A stretch of 64,000 bases of DNA, from assembly GCF_009914755.1 (NCBI RefSeq), contig NC_060925.1. The stretch is one strand, 5' to 3'. Both the position numbers and the translations under genes were made by a program. Positions 28,757 to 43,250 of this stretch are shown here, in pieces (the first letter of the stretch is position 1; each line of letters begins with the position of its first letter). The DNA is from the human T2T-CHM13v2.0 reference genome, Homo sapiens. A model generated the notes under the pieces. The model was not told where the DNA came from. It worked only from the letters and a program-made list of their open reading frames with translations, and searched no databases.

Positions 28757-31539
28757 AATAGTATCAGGGCCCCAGGGCTGCTGGGGGCACTCCTGTCACA
28801 CTCACGAGCTCACTCCATGCTAGTTCCCTTCCCTAAACCTCCCAATCTATAGACCTGGCCGTGGGGGGTCTCCCGCTCATTCATTCACTCAGCAGATCTC
28901 TGGGCATGGCTGATCTGTGCTGGGGCCTGAGCTTGGAAGAGGAAACAGCAAAGAGGGCTGGTTAAGAGGCTACCTCTGCAGGGACTGCTTTGCCACTTAA
29001 GTGCTGTGTGACCTCAGGCAAGTCATTTCACCTGGCCGTGCTTCCATTTGTCTTAGTAAAATGGGGATAGGCATGCTGCCTGCCTCCAGGGTTATTGAGA
29101 AAACTGAAAATCAGGCAGGTAAAGTCTTAGCACGGTACCCAGCACATAGTAAGCCCTCAGTGATGACAGCTATTAGGATATTATTGAGGAGTTTTCAAAG
29201 TCTGATGGGGAGAGGGGACAGCTAATCAAATAATTGTCATACAATAGGATCACTGCTAACGCCAGCGCAAACCAGGCATTGGGGGCACACAGGGGAAGGA
29301 GTAACTAGGCCTGCCAGGGGAAATCAGGGAAGGCTTTCAGGAGGAGGTGCCACTTGAAAGCTAAGTAGAATTTTACCATGACGATGAGAGGAAGAGCTTT
29401 CCTGGCAGGGGGCACAGCGGTTAGTTACAGAAGCTCAGAGACTCTTGGAGGCACAAGGAGATGCTTACTGATTGTGTCTGGGGAAGTTTCAGGACACAGA
29501 GCTGGGAAGGTGGGTGGGAGATGATGGCAAACCACCTTGCTGGCCTATCTGGGGGGATTGGGACCCCCACTCTGGGGCAGCAGAGAGGAGGAGAGAGACA
29601 AGATCCAATTTGCCTTTGGGAAAGATGACCCAGGTGGAAGGTCCGGGAGGGTGGCACAGGGGCAGGACAGGAGGCAGAGACTGAGGAGGCTGCACCTGAT
29701 AGGGGACCCAGGGCAAAGGTTGGGGGCAGTCTTCAGACTATGTTCCCAAGACCCTGGCCAGGAAGGAGGTGCTGGGGCAGGCTGGGGTGGGGTGGAGTGC
29801 GGGTGACCGTGACCTCAGTCAGCCGGGACCAGAACTGAGGCGGGGGTGGGAAGGGGGCTGCCGGCACACTGAGTCACTTGACTTATTGGATTTCTGAGAG
29901 ATTGCTCCCCTCCCCCTTGCCTCGGCAGCCAAGGCTACTCCATTAAAGCTGCACCGTCAGTCAACCTAGGCCCAAGAGCCCAGGTGCGAAGCAGGAATAG
30001 GCTGGGCAGAGACAGAGAGATCCACGACCTTGGGACTTCTCAGAGTCAGCCCTGGAAGGGCTGGTGCTCAGGGCTGACCAGGCAGGGAGGCAAGAGGGGG
30101 AAGTGGTTAGGGGTGTGGACACTGGAGCTGGCCAGACTGCTTCAAATCCCAACTCTACCCTTAGCAGCTGTGTGACCCCAGACCACTTCTTTAACCTCTC
30201 TGTGCCTCAAATGGGGATTATTGACATGCCTACCTGAGACAGAGGGTTGTTCTAAGGATGATTAAATGAAACCTGTCAAGTGCTAGGCAAGACGCAGGCT
30301 CTCAGTGGGAGACAGGTGCTCCTGTTGGTGTTGAAGGTGGACTTACCTAATGCCCCAAGCCCTAACTCAACTCTCAGCCTTCAAAGTCTGCTTCGAAATA
30401 AAATCCAAGCTCTTCACTCATCATTAAGCCATTCACATGGGATGCTGTTTCCCTCTCCAGCCTCTTCTGCAAGCCCACCCCTGTTCCTGCCATTCTGAGC
30501 CTCCAATGCCAATCCTCCATCCGGTTTCACACCTCCACGCCTTGACTTGTGCTGGTCCTTCTGCCGGCAGAAGGGTTGGGGTTGGGGTTTACCTCACCTG
30601 GTTCCCTCGTCTCTCTGATAAACTCCTTGTTTCTACAGTGACCTCAGCTAACATAACCAAGGAAGCAGGAGGTGCCCACCTGACAGATGAGGAACTCGAG
30701 GCTCAATAATGAGCAGCTGTCCAAGACCACTCAGGCAAGAAGCAGAGATGAGAACTCAGGTCAAGCCTGCCCTTTGCCAAGCTCACGGCCATGCCTGACC
30801 TACCTCACTCCCATGGGGGCCCGGGGCTCACCAGCCTCTCTGAAGCCCTGCCCAGTTCTGTGGCTGACAAAACAGACACACATTCTTCCCTTTGCTGGGA
30901 GAAGCCACACAGCATCAGAGAGACTTCCCGTCCAGCCTCAGCTGCCCCACGTTCTGGCTGTGGGACCTCAAGCAGGTTATGAGTAAACCCCGTAAGCCCC
31001 AGTTTGTAAGTGGAAGGAATGGCCGAGGGGTTACCATGCCCAGGATTATGTGAGTTTAGTGGAGGCACAGAGCAGGTGGCATCATGCTTGGCTCCCCAAA
31101 CGGGAGCTGATGTTTTATTCCTCATCTGCATAACTGTTTAAGATGGACATTCCCCCATCTTACAGATGAGGATACTGAGGCTCCAAGAGCAGAAATGGCC
31201 TGGCCAAGTCACACACATAGTGACAGAACGGGATTCAAACCATTGCTTTCAGCACCAGGCTCAACACCTTCCCCCGAAGGACTCCCAAACTAGTCCTCGA
31301 GATGCCAAGCAAAGAAACAACCCCCAACATTTATTGAGCACTTACTGTGTGCCTGTTCTACATCCTTGAACTAACTCATTTAGTTTCACAACAATCCTAA
31401 TGCTTGCGCTATGATTATTCCCAGTTTGCAGAGGCGGGAACTGAGGCTCGGAGCGCCTAAGGTTCAGTGCCCTCCCCAAGGTCACACGGCTGGTGAGAGG
31501 CTGGGTCGGGACCAGAATGAGAGCTGGCTGACTCCCGAC

Positions 31540-32000
31540 CTCGGGTCCTAGCTGCAGGCTAGGAGTGAGGTCGGGTTGGGGGTAAATAATCCGGGGCGAG
31601 GCGACAGGGCCGCGCTGGGTGGGGCAGAACCCGAGCCTGGGGGCCTCACGGAGACACCCGCCCCTGTCCAGCCAGCGGATCCGGACTGTGGGATGCTTCC
31701 CACCCCGCCCCCGCCCCGGGCCGCCGCCCGCCGCCCCTCGCCGGGGTTAAGCTCCAGCTTAGCGGGTCCCAAGGGCTCCCCGGGGCGCGCCCCGGAAGCC
31801 GCAGCCGCGCATTTCATTATTGCCTTGGCCGTGGCCTCGGGTGCCTTCCCGGAGCCTCTCCGTCTTCTCCCCACTCAAATATCACCTCCCCGGGGACATC
31901 TCTTCATTTCTTCCTCCCCTCGCTGCGCTCTGCGGAGCCGGGCATCCTGCCAGGCCCTGCCTCGGGCCCTGCGCTTGGCCCGGGGAGGCCTCTCAGTAAA
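31540..32000. promoter_or_regulatory. CpG island with GC boxes and an ETS motif
   Basis: Dense non-Alu CpGs; CCCCGCCCCCGCCCC (~31702) and CCGGAAG (~31791). Confidence 0.8.
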
Positions 32001-32950
32001 CAGGCAATTACCCCGTGCAAAGTGTGCCCTTCAGTAATAAGATTAATGAAAATAATAGCTCACATTCGTGCCATGCTTCCAGTAGTCACTGTGAAGAAAG
32101 CTCTACATAAATTAACTCATGCAGACCCCCCACAACCCTCCGAGGAAGTACTCTACTGGACAGACAGGGCAACTGAGGCCCGAGGCCATGCTCTATTAAA
32201 TGGCGCATGCCCACGCAGGGGACATTTCCAGAGTCATCCATGCTGAAGAAAAAAGGACAGCTGTCATTTCGAAGAACGTGCTTCATTTTTTAACCTCACC
32301 ACCCTCTGAGTACCAAAGAAAGTTAAACCCTCTTTTTCACCTATTAAATCAGGAGGGAGATATAACCAGAGTGATTGCCACTCCATCTTCTCAGGAGGTG
32401 GGGGAGGGGGAAGCTGGGCCTTGAATCTGGAGCTAAACTTTCTGCCAAAGCCCCTGCATGCCTCCAGGTCACAAGCCTCCCTGTGCCACAGGAGCACAGA
32501 CAGGGAGGTATCAGGACAGGCTCCCTAGAAGAGGTGATATTTGAACTGGGTCTTGAAGGATGCGTAGGAGTTGCCTACGCACATGCAAAGGTCAGAAGCC
32601 CTGGGGACAAGTCCTGATTATCCCTCTTAACTGCTGGGTGACTTTTACTCTCCTCCTCACTTAGCCTCAGTTTCTTTATCTGCCAAGTGGAAATAATCGT
32701 CCTGAGGTTGTCAAGATTGCATGAGATTATGGAAGTAAAAGTGCTTGGTGAGCTGTCACTGTGGGGGAGGAGGAGGGTTGCTGGAGCACTGACCACCTGC
32801 TGCCTGGAATGCAGCTCTTCATGGAAATGACTCCTCTGCTCATGAAAAATAAGATGAATGATACCCTGTTCTATCAGGAAACTGAGGCCCAGTGGCCCTG
32901 TGAGATTAAAGAACTTGACCAAGATCACACAGCAGAAACTGGAAGGGTCA

Positions 32951-33270
32951 GGCCAGGTGTGGTGGCTCACACCTGTAATCCCAGCATTTTGGGAGGCTGA
33001 GGCAGGTGGATCACCTGAGGTCAGGAGTTTGAGACCAGCATGGCCAACACGGCAAAACCCCGTCTCTACTAAAAATACAAACATTAGCTGGGTATGGTGG
33101 TACAGGCCTGTAATCCCAGCTACTCAGAAGGCTGAAGCAGGAGAATCACTTGAACCCAGGAGGCGGAGGTTACAGTGAGACGAGATTGTGCCACTGCACT
33201 CCAGCCTGGGCAACAGAGCGAGACTATCTCAAAAAAAAAAAAAAAAAGAAAGAAAGAAAGAAAAGAAAAA
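32951..33270 (+). mobile_element. Alu (AluS-like)
   Basis: Forward Alu; TSD-like AGAAACTGGAAG. Confidence 0.95.
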
Positions 33271-35178
33271 GAAACTGGAAGAGTCAGGATTTGAGCTAAG
33301 ATTCATGTGACTGCAAAGATATGGCTTCACTGTTTCAGCTCTCATGATGACCTCATATACCATTGGGTTGACCCATCACCACCTTTCCCTTGTCATTGCA
33401 CACTGAAGCAGTGTTGTTTTGCATTCTTATAAATAACATTCAACTGGACATCTTTGTGCACAGACTTTTTCCATAGTTTATATTATTTCCCTAGGACAGA
33501 TCCTCAAATAAGATTACTGGTTCCAGAAATAGGAACATTTTTATGGCTTTCAATAAATATTTTCCAGTTGCTTTCAAAGGGGTTCCCAATTCGCAGTTCC
33601 ACCTGCAGCGTATAAGAGAGACATTTCACTAGATCCTCACCAGTTACTTTTTTTTAATCCCCTAAATGTACAAGATGACAGTGGTATTGCATAGGTGTGC
33701 TGGCTTTATTGTTATTATTACCAATGAAGCTGAGTGTTTTTAAGGGCTGGAAAGAGGGTCTGTATCAGAAGTCACGGGACCCCTGAGAGAGGCCTGGAGT
33801 CGATATGAAGGCACTCGGAGTAGAGAGCATTCGTTTCTGGTGGAGAAAATGAACGCATGGCCAGGACAGTCGGAGGTTGCTCTTTCTGGAGCACTCTTTC
33901 TGGGCTTCTCATGAGATGGCCAGTTCTTATCCTTCAGCTGTCAGCTCAAATCAAACATCAGCTTCCAAGAGAGGCCCCCCAACCCGCACCGTCTAAAGGG
34001 GCCACCTACCAGGCTCTCTCTGAGTCATTATCTTCGGAGCACTCAGCATACTTGAAGTGCTTATTCATTCATTTCCTGGCCTGTTTTCTGCCTCTGCCTC
34101 TAGAACACGAGCCCTTGAGAGCAGGGATCTTTCTGCTTCAACTTCTAATGAATTTCCATTGCCTAGGACAACGCTTTTCATTAATTAATTAAGTGTTTCC
34201 ATGTGTGGGTCATCTTGCCGGCCAGCAGTGCTATTGCTGTCTGCATCACATTCCAGAGATGGAACAGGCCTCTTTTCCTGCATCCCCAAGTCTGCCTCCA
34301 ACACCCTTACCCAGGGCACGTGTGCACATAGCTGACTCTCATGAAGTTTAGGGCCACGAGAAGTCTTTACACCATCATAGCACTCAGCCCGCCTTCCCCG
34401 CATTCAGGGCTCTGCTTCCTTAGAACTCAACCTCCCTCTCCTCTCTTACCAACCTCTGGAGACCCACAAAATATTCCTGCTCCACCAAAGGCCACCCACT
34501 CCAGGTCCCCTGTGGAGCCGCAGCTCCGGAAAACCTGCAAAGGCTCTGGAATATCCATTGTCCCCCTTGTCTCCCACTGGGTTCTGTGCAGCAAAGGAAG
34601 TTGTGCAGAATTTTATCTCCCTGAGACATGAATTACACCACCACCCCCCATCCTCTGCCTTAGAAGCAGAGTGGGAAGTGGAACAGACTGTTTGGGTTTT
34701 TAATAATACATTTTTTTCTCTCTATTCTCAAACCATGTCAGTCTACAGTAACCATCCCATGGTAGTATTTCTCCCTTGGAGCCTCCAAGGAGTCTCTTGG
34801 GTGCACAGAAGCTGTCTCTCTGGTTTCCAATGGCAGGTGCGACCTTCCTCCTTGTCAGTTCCCCCATGGGCAAGGCCCCAGTGACTTGCTGGAAGCCACT
34901 GGGGAGGCTCCGTTGCCAATGCCACCAAGATCACCAGCTGGTACTTCCTTGGGTGAGCGTGAGTTGGGATGACAGCCTCCTCAGGGGCCCCCGGGAAAGG
35001 AGTTCTGTTGGGTTCAAATGAGTTTCCCTATTCCAAAGGAGAAATGACTGTTACTTTTAAAATACAGATTGACCCGGATGAGTGGTTAAAATTGCAAGGC
35101 AAAGCGAAGAAGTGATTCGGCGCTAATGAGTATTGATTACAGAGAGGAAGCTGGTTAATTGAGTGAGTTGGTAAGTTG

Positions 35179-35192
35179 GTTGCCAGGGTAAC
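35179..35192. promoter_or_regulatory. RFX X-box motif
   Basis: GTTGCCAGGGTAAC in unique sequence. Confidence 0.55.
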
Positions 35193-35865
35193 ATCTCACT
35201 TGGAATAACATCATCCTCACAGTGGGCACATACTGCATCTGGGTAGAGACTAGACTGAGAAGATGAAACATCAAAATGTTGGAAAGTACTGGAGAAAGGA
35301 AGTTTAAAGTCTTCCCTGACATAACCAAGGCTATTTTCCTTCTACCAAGAAGATATCCGCACACGAGCCTGAGAACAGAGCCTCTCTCTGCGTTCCATCC
35401 ATCGTGCGTAGATGCAGGAGAGAAAGCTGAGGCACCGGTCTGTGGTCAATACGCAAGCAGCACATCACCTTTCCACTAGCTAGAAATGGTGGGCGTGGGA
35501 GGAAGGAACCATTTTCCTGAGGTTTGAATGAAAAGCCAAGCTTTATTTGCATAGACAGTAATAACAGTTGAGCTTAGAAGAAAAGGGACAGTGTCTGCCT
35601 AAGGTTTACATTTCCTCACATTTTGCTTTATGTTTGACCATATTAAAGCTGAAAATAGGCTATTAGAAAGACCAGAGCAAAACTGATGTCCCCATCTAGT
35701 AAATATTCAGAACTTTAAGGCAGGTGGTTTCTTTACTAACTTTGCTGTTTTTGTCTTATTGATATAGCCTTAGCCTTCCTTCATCCTCAATTATCTTTAC
35801 TCTATTATATTCATATAATTTGGTAAGCCACCTCAAATTATTTTTGGAATGAAATGAGACTGTAA

Positions 35866-36213
<348 letters not shown>

Positions 36214-37430
36214 GCAAGTCTTGAGGTTTATATCTCACCTTTTAGTTATGCCTACCTGGAGTAGGCATTCCTGATACACCTGTTAATAGTGTTCACCTGA
36301 TTGCAATGAATAAACCCCAGAGTCAATATCTAAAAAGATATTAAACCTCTATCTGCAACTACCAAGGGAGTGAAACTGTCACAACGCCTGTAAAAAGTTG
36401 AGAGGTTGTTTTTCTGAATGGGTGGCATCTGCTTATAGCCTCTGTGGGATGGTTAACAAAAAATAGCTGGGCTCTATCTGCGTGAATTGACATGGATGAG
36501 GTGTGATTTAATTATGACCATCAAAATCATGCTGGATTATCACACATCGGGCCGTGAGCAGCTGTCCTCCATTTCCTCTGAGGACAGCAAAAGACAGGAA
36601 AGCAACCAGCAGCAGCTCTGTGTCAGAATTCTTAATGCACAGACAACAGTTGAAATAACTTCACTTGTTTTTATTGTTGCACAACAGACTTAGCACCTTG
36701 GTGACCAAAATTCCAGGTATTTCTCTATGCACACACACAGACAGATGTTTTTTCTAATAAAATTGAGTTACATTGTGCCTTTTTGAAACTTGTTTTTTTA
36801 TTTACTTAATATGTCATAAATATCCACACCAATAAGTTACCTTCTTCATCATTTTAAAGGCTATCTAGAAATCCATTCCATGAATGGACCATCTTTTATT
36901 TATTCAAGTATTTTTGTACATCTAGGTAGAGGGGTTTTCTTTGTTGGCCTTTTTTAGGGTTATTTTGGAGGGCGTGTTATTATAAACTCCAAAACATCTT
37001 TGCAACTATATCGTTGGCACATCCATGATTATTCCCTTTGAATAAATTCTAAGAAGAGAAATTTCTGGGTCAATTTGTATGCAAATTGTAAAGCTTTTCA
37101 TAGATATTTCCAAATTGCAGAAAGTTTCTAAAATCCAATTTACGTCTAGAAACCATTTTTTCAAGATAATTATTTTAAGTAGACATAGAGAAAAATCAGA
37201 AAATAATATGAGCAAAAGTATAAAAGTCAAAATCACTCGCAGCCTCACTGCCCAGGTATGACGTCTGCTACAACCTCCTCTCCCTGTGTCTGTGTCTCTG
37301 TCTCTCCCTCGCCCTCTCTTGCTCTCAAGCTCTTTTTGTCTCTCTCTGACTCTGTCTGTCTCTCTTGTTTCTCTAGCTCTCTGTGTCTCTCTCTGTCTCT
37401 TTCCCTCTTTTTCTCTCCTGTATCATCTAT

Positions 37431-37857
<427 letters not shown>

Positions 37858-38769
37858 TAGGGTCACCCCTCACACGGAGTTTCATAGCCTAGGCAGCACT
37901 AATAATATCTCACACTCGGGCAGAGCTTGGGGACTGGCAGGGCATATTTCACATGTTATTATTACCTTTCCCCAGGTGAGACCCTAAGGCTCCATGAAGC
38001 CAGTTGTTGTGCCTTGCCCAATGCCCACAGCTCATAAGTGTCTCCAAGTCCAGGACATTCAAGGCTCCAAGCTGTCCCAGTCACCTTCAGAGACATACCC
38101 ATGCCCCTGATGCACCTGCACGGACCCACATGTGCTGTTTCCCTCGGGGGCCATGTGGTTACAAGGTCAGTCAGGCAGCTCAGCTAAGACAAGGGCTTGG
38201 TATAAGCCCCCAGGCTGTCTCCAGGAAGCCCAGGGTCCTACCAGGATGAGGATGGGGACAGGGAAGGAAGCTGCCTCTTGCCTCCCGCTCTGGGCCACAG
38301 CCTGCATCCACATCCGCCTGTCCCCAAATGTCTGCTTCTTTCATCTCTCAACACCCCCCTTCACCTGCTTCCTGCACATTGCTTACCATCCAAATCCCAC
38401 ACCCCATGACCTCTACCCTCTTCTTCTCTCTCCTCCCTTTTTATGGGGAACTCATCTGTCAGGCCTTGGCCTCCACCCTCAGTCCAGTGGGGCTGTTCCT
38501 CCTTGGACCCCTCGAAGCATCCTCTTCTGACCCCTGGCCTAACGTCCCCACACAGGTTCTAATGGCCAAACTGGCAAAGTTCCTGCTGTTGCCCTCACCT
38601 CCAAGGCTGGTGCTCCTGGACTCAGGGTGTGTTCCAGGTGCCTGAAGCATGGCCCACACCAGAAAAAGGTAAGCACAGGTGTGTTCCTGGCTCCAACAGC
38701 CCTCCTCCCCTCCTCTCCTCTCCTTTCTTCTCTTTTCCTTTTCCTCTTTTCTCCTCCCAGCTGCTCTTC

Positions 38770-39760
38770 CACCCCTCCTTTCCCTTCCTCTTATCCTCCC
38801 ATCTCTGTCTACACTTCCTCCTTTGATCTCACCAAGCCCCATGGCTTTAGTTGTCATGTCTACACTGTCAATAACCAAATTTGTATCTGCTCCCAGGCAT
38901 CTTGGACACAACACATCCCAAAGCAAGCTCTGGATCTTCTCCCCTGAAAAAGCCAGTTGTCTAGCATCCCACCCCCAGCACCATCTGAGTCTCCCCATCC
39001 CAGTAAGCAACATCATCACCCACCTGGTCGCTCAAGGCAGAAAAGAGGAGCTATCCTTTCTGCCTTCTTGTTTCCCACCCGCTACTTACAAGTCCCTCAG
39101 CGAAGTCTGTCTACACTGTGTCCAAACCAGTCAAGCTCGGAAGCTTCCCTCCCCGGCCATGGCCAGCACCATCTCCAACCGGGACAACTGCATGTCCTCC
39201 TGGCCCCGTCATGCCCCTCTGCTACCCGATCCCCATACAGCATCCAGAGGGAGCTGCTTCTCACATGTGAGGTCAACTCACTCTCCTGCCTAGCACTCTC
39301 TGATGGTTTCCACTGCCCTTAGAATAAACCATGCCCCCTATCCCAGCCCACGAGGCTCTGCGTGATCGGGCCCCTGCCTGCCTCTCTGGCTCGTCCCAGG
39401 CCTCTCTCCCCCTCACTCACCACCTCAAAGCTCCTCTGACCCTTCTGCCTCTGAGGACACACCAAACCCATTCCCACCTCAAGGCCTTTGTCCCTGCCTG
39501 GGTCTCTCTTCCCTCTCGTAGCTGGCTCTTCCCATTATGCGGCTCTCTCATCCTTGTGTGTCATTTGCTCAGAGAGATTGTCCCTGAGCACTCATCCTCT
39601 TTAAGAACATCGTCCCCACCCATCACCCTCTATCTCAACACTCTACTTACAATGCGTTGTATTATTATTTGCTCTTTTTACCCATCTCCCCCAGTAGGTG
39701 CTCTGTAAGGGCAGAAACCAGGTCCTCACACCATCGGTGCATGATAAAAATTAACTGACC
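38770..39760 (+). mobile_element. L2 fragment
   Basis: CCCATGGCTTTAG..CCAAATTTGTATCT..; TTCCCACCTCAAGGCCTTTG. Confidence 0.7.
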
Positions 39761-40635
39761 AAATAACACGGTGGTACCCTCTTCAAGGCAACTTCGGAGT
39801 CAGACATGCCTACGTTCTCCTTCCTGCTCTGCCACATGTGTGACCCTGGACAGGGTCCTCCATCCTCTTGGCCTCAGTGTCTTTGCCAGCAAACTGGGAA
39901 TAAGAATCCTGTGTCATGGGGTTGTCATAAGGGGGAAATGAGATGACGTAAGTGCAGTTCTTAGCATAATAAATGCATTCAAAGCAAATAAAAAGTGCTC
40001 AGTAAATGCAGATATTATTAAGCATATTTGTTGGATGAACAAGCAATCCCATAAAGCACGTGTTTAGAGACGTGGAACCCAAGACTCCGGAAGAGGGAGC
40101 GACTTGTTCCAGGTTGCGTGGCTACAAAGTGTCAAGTCAGGGTCACCTCCCAGGCCAGTCCGAAAGCAAGCCTCAGGGCCTGGAGATCCTCTGAAACAGG
40201 GCGTACCTGGGGCATGGTGTGCACATGGTGGAGTGAACAGATCAGAACTCAGAGAATAGCTGGGCCAGGGAGAAACAGAGTGAAGAGAATGCAGCACCAG
40301 GACCAAAACAGACCAGGACACCGAAACAGAATGGGCAGGACATTGAGCAGCAGCCATGTAAAGACTTGCTCTCAATTTGCCTAAATATGAGAGAATTGTG
40401 GGTCTCTGTGTCCTGGATTGATGCGGGATCCTGAAGCCACTCAATGGCCTCTGCATGCCAGAATCCCATCCTGCTGCCCTTCAGGACTCTCCCTGCCCCT
40501 GCCAAGGTGGAGGGGTGGGTGCTCAGACAGCAGAGTGACCACCCGGGCACCTCCTCGGGATGCTGCGGCCAGGGGACGCAATGCATCAGCAGGTGGGCTG
40601 GGGTCCAGGCCCATCCTGGAAAAGGCCGGCTGCAA

Positions 40636-40664
40636 GTTTCCATGGAGCCCGTCGCCATGGTAAC
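40636..40664. promoter_or_regulatory. Tandem RFX X-box motifs
   Basis: GTTTCCATGGAGCC (40636-40649) next to GTCGCCATGGTAAC (40651-40664), in a locally CpG-retaining patch. Confidence 0.65.
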
Positions 40665-41680
40665 CAAGCCTCCGCGGCAGGACTCCAGCAGAGCCAGGAA
40701 AGACAAGCTCCTTTCTTGTCCATATCCCAGGAGCCTGCAGGAGGGGGGCGGAGGGAAGTGGGGACAATCAGGCTTTCTGAACCAGGATGGGGGTGGGGGC
40801 AGAGAGAAGCGGAGGCTGTCTTCCTGCTCAATGGGTCAGCTATAAACTGCCAGAACGTGGCACCCTATTTCACGCCTCTGTGATTTGCTCGTGCTCTTCT
40901 CTCCCCTGGAATGCCCTCCCCCACCCTTGTCTCCCTGGAGCGCTCCCAGCTGTCATCTGTGCCTCACTGACCCTTCTGGGCAGAGTCAGTCCTTCCCTCC
41001 TCTGGTCACCTTTCACATATCCCCAGGGTGTCTGGCTCACCCACAGGCTTGGGGCGTGTGGTGGTGGTAAGAGCACAAGCTCTGGAATCAGGGAGATCTG
41101 AGTCACATCCCAGCTCTGCCATGAACATGTCAGTGACTCTAAGTAAGCCACTTATCCTCTCTAAGCCTCTACTTCCTGCTCAATGGGTCAGGACTCACTG
41201 AGCTCAATGCTCAATGGGTCATTCCTCATCTGCCATCTTCCAGCTGTGTGATCTTGAGTAAGTTTCCAAACCTCTCTGAGGCTCAGTTTCTTCTTCTGAA
41301 AAGTGAGGTGATGTCCGTGAGGTGCTTGATGCACACCTTGCATGTAATAAATGTCACTGATTGTTCTCATGTGTAGTGAGCGCTTCCTCTCTGCCCCCTG
41401 GGGAGTGGACTTCCAGTCCCTGCCAGGCCTGGTTTATCCCCGAGCTTACACTCAGGCTCCCAACCCCTATACTAAGCCCTCCCCTCTGCCAGGAGTCCTG
41501 GCCTGGCATTGTCCATGCCTTTCAGAGTAGGGTCTTTGAGAGGCACGAACTTTCCCTGCCCAGAGCAGGGACTGGCACACCACACAGAGCTGACATTTCC
41601 AGTCTGACATCTGAGAGCAAGCATTGTGAAGGAGAATAGATTCCACGAGAGCTTCCTGACAGCAGGGTCAGCCTTTGGGC

Positions 41681-41683
<3 letters not shown>

Positions 41684-41723
<40 letters not shown>
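41684..41723 (+). repeat. (TG)n microsatellite
   Basis: Direct reading. Confidence 0.97.
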
Positions 41724-41726
<3 letters not shown>

Positions 41727-42707
41727 GCTGTCAGCAAACGCTCTAACATGCACACACAAACACATATGTGTACTCATGTCCTCACAAATTCACACACACA
41801 CACCACACACAAAACTGACCTGGGAAAATGCAAAGATGTCCCTGATCACTGTGGTCCATGTCCCGGAGACCAGCCCATGACCCCATTTCTTCCCAAACTC
41901 CTCCCTCTGGAGCCCAACCCTGAGGCTCTCTGTTGTTTATGGAGCAGGTGAGGGATGACGACATGACCCTTCCTGGTCTCATCATCCGGGGACTCAACTG
42001 GGGGAAGTGAAAAGGCCAGGTCACCATCCGGACAACTGGTCTACCTATCCACAGGTCTCCAAGTCCACCTGTGGCATTTGGATACCTGGGATCATGCAGT
42101 CAGCATCCTTGCCCCCACTGCTGCTGAGCAGGCCCAGCTATGGACTGTCAAACTGCCCACACCCTGCTGCTACCTCCCTTTGAGTTCCCTGGCCCAGGCT
42201 AGGGTCTCAGACCCCCCAGCCCCTTTGTTCCATCCTGGGCATCAGAGTCCACAAGGTCAGGCCATATGCCCTGTCTCCCTGGTCTCCAAACCATCCTGAG
42301 ATGCAGGCAGGGGAGGTGGTCACCTCCTTCAAACCTTGAGGCTGATCAATGCCAGCTGACATTTATTGAGCACTTACCCTATGCCAGCCACTGTGCTAAG
42401 CACCATACCTGTATTTCTTCCTCCACCCTCATAATAACACTCTAAGGGAGGTGATCTCATCATCCCCACTTTGCAGATGGGGAGACTAGGCACAGAGGTG
42501 TTCAGAAGCACAGCTAAGAGGGTGTTCCAATGGGAATTAAAACTCAGGCATTCTGGATGCACGGCCCAAACTACATTGTGTCTACTCAGCCACACTGACC
42601 TGGGCACAGCTAGAATGTGAGGGGACTCAAAAAGTGACATCCCAGTTCCCCTCCTGAGTTTAGAACATGCTGGTGACAGTCAGATGGTGGGCAGAATAAT
42701 GCCAGCT

Positions 42708-43250
42708 CCATTCATTCGTTTGAGAAATATTTACTGAGCACCTACTATGTGCCTGCACTAAGCACTGGGGATCTCGCAATAAAAAAAGAAAACAAAAAAA
42801 AAACCTTGGTCCGATGGAGTGGTGATTTTGGTGGGAAAGACACAATAAACAAGGTAAGTAAATGAAATAAAATGTGTTAGTAGTAAGTGCTAAGGAGAAG
42901 AAAAGCAGGGAAAGGGGAATGAAATGTCAAGGGGTTGGTGGGGGGAGGGGGTGTTGCAATCATAAGAAGCCAAGAGCGTGATACTTGAGTTAAGACCTAA
43001 GCGGCTAAGTATGGTCATGCATTCATCTGGAGGAAGAGCATTCCAGGCAACGGCCGTGAGGCAGGAGCTGGCCTGAGGAGCTCAGAATCAGCACAGCCAT
43101 TGTAACTGGAATGGAGTGAGAGGGAGGGGCACAGGGGAAGTAAAGGTTAGAAGAGGCCAGAGGGGACCGGGATCGAGATGGTGAGAGCTCTCCAGGTTGC
43201 CATGAGGAATCTGGCTTGTGCTCAGGTGAGTTGGAAAGCCAGTGATGTGA
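42708..43250 (-). mobile_element. L2 3' end
   Basis: CATTCATTCG..AAATATTTACTGAGCACCTACTATGTGCC. Confidence 0.8.

Noticed and set aside
31576-32037. 153-aa ORF across the CpG island
   Set aside because: Composition-driven, TTG start, no recognisable homology.
36496-36549. Possible pre-miRNA-like hairpin (GTGTGAT..ATCACAC)
   Set aside because: Only ~7 contiguous pairs; the inner stem pairs poorly.
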